From a virus, in IMG/VR virus record IMGVR_UViG_3300042890_005556: a stretch of DNA of 64,000 nucleotides; one strand, written 5' to 3'. The notes beneath the pieces are model-generated. The model saw nothing but the letters and a program-made list of their open reading frames with translations, did no database searches and was not told the origin of the DNA. The position numbers and the translations under genes are program-made. Of this stretch, positions 17,964 through 29,900 are shown one piece after another (position 1 is the stretch's first letter; each line of letters opens with the position of its first letter).

Positions 17964-20900
17964 ATGGCAACAGATCCGTTTGCGAATATAGGTTTTAGGG
18001 AAAACTTCTCCCAAGCTTACTACACAGAAATAATTATAGCTAGGAATAAAAAAAGCATAAGATTTGCTTCTTCCACTCCTACAGTAACAAACAGCTACCG
18101 CCAACTGATGGGTGGTAATTTATACAGAGTAGCGGAGTTACTAAGTATAACAGGACCAAAACAGCCCGTAGCCATAGAAAATAAACTACAATATAAAAAA
18201 GACCAGCCATACTCACTCTATGATCAAGGCCAAATAAGCGACGAATTCAGAATACAAAACGTCGACCCTACCCTCTCGTTAGAGAACAGAGAAAGCTATT
18301 GGGCAAGAGTGAGTAGCCCATTAGGGAGAGAGTGGGCTGCCTACTACGCTGGAACAGATGCTAAAATAGGCTACCTCGCAAACTTCATAGACAGAAACTT
18401 AGATGACTTCACAGGCACTAATTTTGCAGGATTTGTATCTGGAACACTTAATAATGATAACGATAAGCCCAACCTATATGACACTGTTAAGATAGGAAAC
18501 ATATTCGGCTCCACAGTTCAAGGTAGCCAAACTGCATCTGTGTCTGTTGAGCCAGGCATGTACAAGAGCTTCATCTCGTGCAAAGTCACACAAGACACGA
18601 GATATTTTGACCCTACAGGCGCAGAAATAATCCAAACTGCTGAATCAGGTGATTTATTCGCCGACGAGTTCGTGTTAAACTTTTATATATTCCCAGGTTA
18701 TCACACATTTTATTATGGCTCTTGGAAGATAACAATCGAGCCGACTAATACGACAGGAACGCATAGGGTATTCATCCAGCATGCCAGATACTATACCTCT
18801 GCTGAATACAATATGCAGCCAATTGTGAGGAAATTTAGTGCAGACTTTGATTGGGATGGGACTTTAAGCGAGTTTAATCTTATAACTATTAAGTACCTGT
18901 TCACTCCAAGACCTCAGGGGAGTGCGTCGACTGGCACAATTAACATTGGTAATTCTACTAGTAAAGTTAGTCTATTTGTAAATGCTGTTCCTGTCTTCGC
19001 AAGTGGTAGTGATTCGATATGGCCCCCATCTTATCCAAAAGTCTACCGTGGTTCAAGCGGTGCGGGATTGCCTAGTTATACACAGAAACCATATATTGAC
19101 CTAAAGATGGCCCCAGATAACACGCCTGTCTTCATAGTATGGGATAATGCAGTACCTTTCGGGATCACAAAAAGCGAGTTTGCATTTATTCTTATAACTG
19201 ATAAGTTAGTGGATCTTAAAGGTCTTTATACTCACCTCATTAGATTCGAAAGGATAATGCCTAATCTCACAATTGAGACGACCCCTAACCCAGTTGTTCC
19301 TCCAACACCCCCAGTAGGCGGTATTACTTCGAAATTTTACAACAGGGCTACTTATAGTCTTGCCCCAGCGGTCTTGATGGAATTAAACAAGATACTCTTA
19401 GATTTCATGTTGTCCCAGCCAAATATTAGGATCTCTAGCGGGCCACTTGAATCAGATCCAATTCTTAATAGAATGCTAGCCGCCGCAAGCACCACCAAAA
19501 AATATTCATCAGCGATAGAATCTGACAAGAACGTTTTAGATCTCTTAAGAGAGCCAGTCTTGGTAGTAGATGATACGAATTCACTTCTACCATATATCTT
19601 GCTAGAATATGGACTGCCCAATGACAACGTCGGGCAACTACGAGTTAAAATAACAGAAATAAAATCACCAAATGTAATCGATGAAGTATCATCAGAAATT
19701 GAGCTACAGGGCTACGCAGAGTATATTATTAAAACCATTACCACAGACAGCTGGACAGCTGGCACGGTGACGTTGTCTACGAATTTCAGATTTTATGTCG
19801 ATGATAGTGGAATGTACGAGCCAAAATTAGATCCGTATATCGTCAACAATCCTAATCAGCTGACTCTTAATGAGTTTGGACAAGTATATGTTGAGAGTAT
19901 GCGCGTTACTTGGGCTTTTCCAAGGGACGTGAACAGTCCTTTTGTTATTCCAGATAGCTTTTTTACTAGGTATAACAGGGTGGTGGATGTAGTAACCCAG
20001 GAAGTTGAAATAGCGAAGCTCTTTGATACGGAGAGAGACTTATTACCAAATGGGTTGCCGGTCGATCTAAATATGTCTAATAAGCCGGGCACGACCCCTC
20101 CAATACCACCTAACCCTGGAACAACTCCAACACTATATTATAATCGAGCTGAATGGAGTGTACAGCCTGCTAAGGAAGCGGAAATAGAAGAAGTCCTAAA
20201 ACAATTCATGATTAGTAATCAAGTGATAACTAGCGCGGATTCGCGTTTTAGAAATATATTGAATACCGCTTTGTTGACTGATTATAGAGTGATCAGAACA
20301 TTCGAAATGTCATTAGGGTTTGGAGAACAGATTCTTGATGTAGTTGATACACCTCTTGCTACTAGTAGTAATGAAGTTGAAATATTTTATGCACCAACTG
20401 ATTCAACTTTTGTTGATCATTCAAAAACTAGCGGGGTGCAATTACGCGCCAGAATACCAATAAATGACCCTAATAGAAATAATTCTCAAATTGACCTATC
20501 TAGCACAGCTAAATTTACCTTCGACATACCAGCAAATTTCGACAGTCCATCTGGTGATCTGTCCGAATATGGTGCTGGGACCATTGAAATATTCGTAGAT
20601 TTTGTTTTGAGGCAGGCAGATGTTGCGAGACCGGATATCGGCAGTGCTAACCCTTATATCGTTGGGAATAACAACGAATTTATACTTAGCTCATCTTACA
20701 GATTGGGAGCGTTACGCGCTACTATTACTGCTGATATCGGTTTAGGTACTGATTTCATTGACGAGTTTGATATTAATTTAGAACCAATAAAACTCGATCA
20801 GTTCGGGGCTGGAACTTTAGTGGACATAACGCCTTTCATTACTGGTGGTGTTCCAGTTTCCATAAATATGTCAAATGCTCCAGGCACAGTCGGAATTGGT

Positions 20901-23900
20901 GTGCCAGGTGGTACACCATTACCGCCATCTGGTGGGTCATTATCACCATCCAAGAATTATACCGCAACATTCACCCTGGCAGACCAGCCATTTAAAATAT
21001 TCGAGATAGACAATTTAAAAGGGCTGTTAAATTTTTACAGTTTCCAAGACACTCTAAACTACACATTATATGATCTTCTTCTAACCCCATATTCTCAGAA
21101 AGTACCCATTTCGAGATACGCGTCTGACGTTTTCAAGCTAGCCCTAATCGAACAGGGTAAGATACCTGGACACCCATCAGATCAGACTGCAGGATTTTTA
21201 AAAGCGTATACTGCCTATTTTAATGACCAGGATTGTGTGCTACCGGAAGGCAGTCCGCTAGACCCCTCTTGCCAGGCATTGACCATTGAATATATCATAG
21301 CACCTAAAGAGACGAATAAGGTATTAACATTAGGCACAAATCTCCTGAAAATGGGCATGGTTATTAATCTAGGGTGTAATGGTGGTGCCAATTGCGTTGT
21401 TGTTAGCGGCAAACAGATTCCTAGAGTGAATGGTGTGCCTACGGCCCAGTTAAGTTATGATTTTACCATGGAGATGATAGTAACAGAAGACACATCAGGT
21501 GTGACGCCACCGACGAGTCCAAGTATAATCGTGACATATAATCTTTCAGGGCCCATAGCGCTCTGGGGTTTTTTAATAGGACAATACTCTCTTATTAATG
21601 TTTCTAGATACACTGGTGGTGCATACAATAAAGTCATAGCGTATGATGAAGCGACTATGAAATCAGGCACAAATTTTCTAGTAAAAGCTTTCGGCACCGA
21701 TTCACCACTATATGAAGCCGGTAACATAGCGCCAATTAAATTGTCTGCTAGAGGGAAGAGGCTTTGGGGTTCCGATCCGGACGATTTTACTAATGACTAC
21801 ACACAAATCGACTTTTTTGTGACAGCTTACATAGACACAAGATTTACAAAAACACTAACTGGCTCGTTAATTAGTGACCTAGATGCTCCCAATACAACAC
21901 GAGCAGCAATAGTTTATGTGATAGAGCCTGTAACCGTACCATTTCCAAGATTCGACGGCACGATAGTTCCCTCTAAAAAATTACCAACAGTTACCTATAC
22001 TGATTACACTAATGTATTAATGACCAAGCGTTTTCCCTCTGACGGCGGAGACGGCGGAGACGGCGGAGACGGCGGAGATACGACGGTCAAGAAGTACAAC
22101 GGTAAATGGAATTTGGGTCCAGATTTCATTAGAGCTATAGAAAACACATACATCGAATTTCTGCAAGTACCCACATTTAATTGGCGACTTGACAATGTGG
22201 CGTCAAAGGGCTTAGGAAGCTATGATAAGCTTTTGTGGGAATTAGTAAGTGGAGGTGTCAATCCAATCGTCAATAACTGGCAGACTGCCGGATACCCAAC
22301 TGGAGTTGGTCTGCAAAGACCAATAGACTCTAGATCCGTCCAATATTGGATGGAAGACGTATTAAAATACAACGGCGTCGGAACCGGACCGACCGGAGCA
22401 CCAGTCACACTAGCTTACTCATCCAGCTTCCAAGGATCTAATTTAAAATTAACAGTTTATATGAATATAGCAGTTAGAGACATAAGATTAGAAGCTGAAA
22501 AGTCAACTAGTGTAACATTGGACATCTCTAACATAATAGGCGAGTTGTCTGAAGGTGGAATAAATAAAACCTATCTGTTTGCGAATAGAAGTACTTCATT
22601 TACCATATTAGTAGACGTATACGAAGCGATGCAAACATTCAGTGCTCCGCAAGAAATGATGCTCGCACAGACAGTTCCCGACAGTTACATCTGGCAGCCA
22701 CCCAAATACATTATAGTAAACAGTGACAGCCTCAAATACAATGATGGCCTAAACGACGTATACTACTTCAGAGACGGCTACCAAACCGCTCTAAGACAGA
22801 CCTACTCATTCGTTGGCACAAGAACATCACAAAACGACGTAATAGCAACATATAGGCACGGCGATGCCAGCTCATACGACCCAGAAACTACAAACTACGA
22901 CGTAGTGGTTGGCGGCTTCGACTTGGTATACCATAAAGGCACACCCAACACTCTAACTTTACTACCGATCGAAATAATAGAGTCTAAAACCAAAAAGAAA
23001 TTTGTGTGCTTTGGCAGCATCAGAGAAGTAGGAAATATATTAAACGCCTCAATAAAATCAAACGTTGTGATGACATTCATAACAGATAACGGATCGACAT
23101 CCGACACAGACGGAGCATACTGGGTATACGACAATACCTGGAAAGAGTGGTCACATACAATTCCGATCAATACCGGCGATGAGCTAAACTTATACTGCTA
23201 CAGCTGTCTCACTAATCAGGTTGGTACGCTAGAAACCAACATCAATATAATCACCAAATTCAACGTTAAACCAACTCCCAATAACCCACCGCCATCAGTA
23301 GATCCCACCGAAATATTCCCAGCAGAATTTTCTTACGACCAATTAATCCAAAAAGTACCGGCACTACCAGTTGTATACCCCCCAGGCTTCCCAAATCCAT
23401 CAGTATATCGGTTTGAATACCCTAAAACGATGGCAGTAAAGGCCAAAAGCTCAACAGATACATATGAGTTCTTTCTAGAATCTATTGACAGCACACAACG
23501 CATTGCTACTTATAAGCTGTATGAATTCGTGAACAACGAACTGACGGTAGGTGGTTTTACTGTAGAATACACACCACACGTATCATTCAAGCTAAGTAAA
23601 GTAGACGTGTACTCAGCAGATTTAGATAGAGATTTTGAATGCTTTGGAGTAATACACATAATCTATGACAATGACGGTGCATTATTGTCGGCTGATACGT
23701 GGGAAATAATACCCACATTTGAAGACCCTAATGATTTCGCTAACTGGTATTTGACTGTCGTACAAGACCCGTTGACTGGTGGTAACCATTTTAACACTTA
23801 TTGCAACGATGGCACAAATTTTAAATGCTCAGCAAATAACTTGAAATTCGTGATGCGTATAGACGCGAATTTTAAGCATTATGCTCCAGAACCTCCAGCA

Positions 23901-26900
23901 ATCATTGTCGCTCCACCCGTATCAGGTCCGCCAATACCATTGCCCATATACAGCACCGGTTATAACGTTGCTTCAGACAGGCAGATTGCATTCATTGGTG
24001 AGCCTGATAGTAACTGGAAAATCACCAGTTTTATTACGGGTCCAGAAACTGCTCCTACACATTATTGGAAACTAAATAATGGCTTAACTGATAGTGTGGG
24101 TGACTTACCATTTGTAGCACATCCAGCTATGAGAGTTGAACAGGGACAAAGCCGACCGCGATTCGCACGCATCGCAGATTTCACCTACGGGGTGGGTGCT
24201 GTTTGGTCGAATATACAGACGCAAACGACTCCTGAGAATGCTATTTATCCTAATAATCCTGGAGTAGTCAGTGGCAGTACTACTATAGGAAAAGGCATAG
24301 AACACGGTTTATATGCTTATGTGGCTTCACAGACCTCAAACCGAATTTTGGATTCAAATGCTTGGACGATAACTGGATGGCTAAAAATGCCTATTAAACC
24401 ATATGTCGCCAATATAGACAATGCTGGCGGCATATTAGAAGAAATGGTATTTAGTATTTCCCCATTCACACCTTTGCCACTTCAGCCCCCATCAGTAACC
24501 AGTTCATATGTCTTTGGTCCTGAACTCATTGTCGGTAGTGCCCCTAGGATATCAGTTTATGTGATCTACGCTTTTAGAGACTCAACACCTGCTGAGGTGT
24601 ATGGTGAAAGATTCTTTAAGAAAGCCGGCCATATTTATGTTTATTTTAAATCAACCCGCACCAGCGAACCGACTTACGCAGGAAAAGAGACTGGGCTGAA
24701 TGCAGTATTAGTAGATGAGGCTGGTGACATCATCTATAGGGATTTATTAACAGGAGACATAGCGTCTGAAGAGGGTACTACATCAAGAGCCTGTAATTTC
24801 CTTGAAATACCTGGACCAGATCTAATAAGAGCGAATGTCTGGTCATTTATATCAATAAAAAAACAAGAAGCATTTGATGACAGGCTGATAATAAGTATAA
24901 ATGGCCGAGATTACACAGCGATATTTCAGTCTGCCATCGTCACAGATGAGCTGTTAAAGAAAGTTAATTTCATCCAGGCAATGGCCCCGCTAGACGATTT
25001 AAGAACATACGACTCAGAGCTCTCAGACTTAGAATTAAAACTGATATCGCGAGTCGGTAGCGCAGAAGGCGGGGTAGTACCACGAGAATACAGCCCCGGT
25101 GGAGTGGTATCAGGGGTCATATCAAGCCAAGTTTTTGCTTACGACCACTTTAACCCTTCAGAAGAGATCCAGCCATACTGGTGGCCAGCCGGATATACCT
25201 CTGGTAGCACCATCGTGCCAGATCGCACAAACCTCTACCAACAATACAATGCAAGATGGGTGTCGCCACCGCCTAAGCTGGGCATTGACGCATCACCAGT
25301 AGCAAAATCCTTCCATTACGCCACCGAATTTGATCTTACAGGTATTACTCTCAATACAGTCAAGATATCGTTTCTATGCTCTGGTGACGATAGAATAGTT
25401 GATATAATTGTTAACGGCACGAGCACAGGCTATAACAACATCTCAGAGATCGGCGGGCTGCCAGCTACTAATACGACAGCATATGACAACTTAAGGTACA
25501 GGAACCTATGGGACGTGAAGCTACCGACCGGTAGTGGCCATCTCTTCGTTCAAACAATTAATACGATCGATATAGTGGTAGAAAACCAAGCTATCACAGA
25601 TCTTTCAGTGGCTACTAACCCAACTGGGTTATACGTGTACGTTTACGAGAAGACCGGTGTTCCATTACCCATACTGGAAGACCCAAGAGCAATCATTTTA
25701 GACATAGTCGATACTGGCCACAATAAGATATTGAATCAACCAATACCTATAGGTTCGTCAGATAGCAATTGGGTGATAGAAAAAGTAGAAAGATCAGAAA
25801 CCGCTCCTTCTCACTATTGGAAGTTTAATAATAGCCTAAATGATCTTGCTCCAGCTGTTGGCTCAACACCATTACCATTTGCGCAATACCTGGTACAGTC
25901 TACTTTTAAAGCTGGTGTGGTAGTCGGTAATGCTGGAAATCCGCAAAACACCGGGGTAGTTCAGAACGCAGTATTTCCTTTTATTCCTGGTTCACCAACT
26001 TCTGAATATGGCAAGCACATCCTTGTTATATCTGAAGGAGGTACAAATAGTAAGCTCATTAATTCATCAGTAGGCTGGACGATTACCGGCTGGATTAAAA
26101 TTCCATTATACGATGGATCAATACCGTCACTCGCGGAATTAACAACAATATCTGCTATTTCTCTTGACGTCTTTGCTGCTAACACGCCTACCATGAAGTT
26201 TAAGTTTTGTTACTTTGGTGCTGGCAATAGAAAAACAGGAGCTCTCTATTTAGACTTTACTTATGGCGAATTGGATAGTAACAGAGCTATGACAATACCT
26301 GACCAATCCACCAACTTCATCGAGATAATACCGAATCAAGGGGCGTTCTCTCAGAACGAATGGGTTTTCTTTTCAATACGCAGAACTCCACGGACTACCG
26401 CTCCTTCTGGAGCTATATCTGATGGCACAATAATATTAACAATCAACGGTATTGATTACACTATTAAAGAACCATATATCCCAGGAGCCAGCTCGACTTT
26501 CGACACTATGAGCTGGATTGATTTTAGTTGCCCGGCAGATGATCTAAGAATATACGGAAATAAGGTACTGTCTAACTCTGAACTTAAATTCATTTCCAAA
26601 TACGATTTCACATCAATTATACCCGGTGAAAATGACCACGCCACTGCGGAAGGTGTACCGAGAGAATACTTGAACACATACATTACCGCGCCTTCCCCCG
26701 TCTTCGCCTACGATTACGTAAACCAATACAGCCCAGCACAACCATACTGGTGGCCACAAGCAGTTCCCAACCAAGCCTCACTCTACGGAGAATACAAAGC
26801 ACGATGGGTATCGCCACCATCAACCACAGGCATTAACATAAGCAGATTAGAAAACACAGGATTCCACTACTATAAAACAACATTCAACCTAGCGAATATC

Positions 26901-29900
26901 GACCTAGAAACAGTAAAAATATCATTCCTCTGCTCTGGTGACGACCAAATATCCGACATAATAGTCAACGGAAAAAGCACAGGCTACAACAATCTATCGC
27001 AAGTAGGAGGGCTGCCAGGGAGCGACTCAGCATACCAAAATTCAAGATTCCGAAACCTATGGGATGTAAAACTGCCAGTAGGAAAAACACACCTTTACGT
27101 TCAAACAATCAACACGCTCACCATAGTAGTACAGAATAAAAACCTAGAAGACACAATAGCAATATCAAATCCAACAGGATTATACGTGCACTTCTACGAG
27201 AAAAAAGGAATCCCAGTCCCTGCACAGCCAATAATCGACCCAATATTATTCACAATCAGCCAACAACTATATAAAGACCCGACAGTAATACCAATAGACC
27301 CAGAACCAATAGTCTTGCCCAAGCCAGCACCACGCCCAGTAGACTTAACAAGATCCAGTAAATGTCTGGAACTAGCAGCCTACAGCTACTTCGCGCTTGG
27401 ACCAGTCAACACCACCAAATTAACCACATTTAACAGAGCGTCAAACATATGGGCATTCGCAACGACAAATAAGCCCAACGCCTTTGGACAAAATAGAAAC
27501 AGATATGGATTCACTACGTCAGATGCAGTATGGGTAAGGCCAACCACAGAGCCAAATACCTGCAAATACCAGCTAAATTGCAGAGACACACAATCAGCAA
27601 CGATGGCTAAAAACAACGTAATATACCGCACAATCACAGCGCCAGCTGATACCTGGATCACAATAGGCTGGAGACAAGAAACCCCACTGCCCGGCTTCAG
27701 ACTAGCCGGTGATACGGTGGGAATAAAGGTAGCCACAGTCATAAAATCAGCGGTAGGTCCTGACCACATAAAAGTGACCACAGACACGCAGACCGTATTC
27801 GGAATGCCAACAAAGCGTGTAATACCACCATGCTACACTGCGGTCGCTGAATACAATAAGACAATTGTCAGTATAGAAATCATAATCTATTCTACAGGCA
27901 TAGTTTACGAAAACTTCATAGACGACATAGTCATCGAATACGGACCAGGGTACTGCGACGAAATAAATTGCATTGATACATTCACCGGCACTGACGCTAT
28001 CCTGAAATATACCGGAATGTCTCGTGAATTGGTATCAAAAGACAGCACTGAAGCTAAACTTATCCAGTACGGCCCGACAGAACTTAACTTTGGATCACGC
28101 TACTACATTAACGCTGGTGTCACTGCATCCCAGACTATAGAGCTTGGCGGATTCCTAAATAAAAACGCCAAAGTGAGCATATCAATATCGGGGTACAGCG
28201 CTACTAAAACAAACGGCGTAACCGTAAGATTAGAGACATTTGATGAAAACATGCAACCACTCGAATTATTCACTGAAAACCTAGGAGTAACGAATCCTGG
28301 CAGCTTCTACACGACAGATACATTCGACAATGCAAGCCAAGTAAACCTGTTAACCACCAGCAAATTCGTGCTGGGACAAGCTGCCAGAATTATAAAAGTG
28401 CTGGTCACGTCACAGCTCAATAAGTTCTACCTTGGCTTCATTGATGTCTGTACAGACCAAGACGTGACATTTATAAAAACACCGCCAACACTTGATTGCA
28501 AAGGCAATGTTAATAAGCTTCGAGTGCTGCTGAATGTAAATGGTGTTCCACGTGAAGAAGTGAACATCTTCCAAGCTTTCTGCCGATACACGGTACTGAC
28601 CAACACTACCTACAGAACACAGCAAATCGTTGAAACCACTTCGACTGCTGATGGAAGAACCGGCACAGCGCTTCCAACTAAATGCGATGATGCAGCACTC
28701 TGCAATTATTGGAAGCAACAGGGTGTGAATGACACGGTGGATCAGTTGATTCTGACAAGGACCATCACAGATAACGACGCTGCTGTCGACATATCAAGAA
28801 TAGCATCTGGCTCTTATAACCTTCTGACAGGTATTGATAACTGGATATGGGCATCACCACTTAATAGAGGTTTTGGTCCAGACCAGTATATTTTGCAATT
28901 CCCAGATACACAGAATAAAGTCGCAGAAGACAATTATGTAGAATCACTTGAAATATTCCTATCTGCCAATAGAGCCCAAGTGAGCAACGCAACATGCTTG
29001 CCAGCCATAGGTTTAGCATACAAATTCGCAGATTTCATCACAGTTAGCTCTACTTCGGCAATTCTACCAATTAGCATACCAAAATTGAATGTAGAGAATC
29101 CAACCACTCTACGATTCGACAGAGTATCACTGAATAAGATTGGAAGCATAACGACAGCTAACTATGTTCTTGCGAGAAGAACATGTAGTGATAAATTCGT
29201 CTTAACCGGAGGATTCACAGTAGAGCATCATCCAGAAAATGGCGAGTATTTCGTCATCAAAGCATACGACTGGTCTAAGTCACCAAACACTCTGCTAGGA
29301 GTAGTTGACAGCTGCCGTAACATCCTTGATTACAGCACGCTCTTCACCTTAGGATCACTAACGACAGCCAATAATCTTGCTGCGAATGACACCACCAGGA
29401 CCGCATTCTTCTTTAAACCAACTAATAACGCTTATTCCAGCACTGGCCCGAATAACACACAATTCTTTGAGTTGTTGGTCCCACAGTCCTCACAATTCGA
29501 CATATTCTCAGCCAACAACAATACTAACAGTGTGCCAGTTACATTAGTAATTGATAAAGCTAATGTCCAGAGCTATGAGATATCTGCTACATTTACTTGG
29601 GACAATACTTCTGGTGAGATAATAACAGATCTTACGGGAGAAAGCGATTGCAAAGACCCGGCAGACGCGATATCAGTAACAATCGAATACATCAACGCTG
29701 TTGGTGCAAAGAAGAGGTTCACCAGAGAAATACCTTTAACAGAATTGAATACCATAGAAGAGACAAATACAGAAGACTGGAACGCGCTACGGGCATTCGG
29801 TAATGGGCTTAAAGGTGATTACGCGACATGGGCATCCACAAAGTTTGAGCTCGATAAGCCGTATGGAGGCGGGTTGGATCAATGTCTTCCACCGTTCATA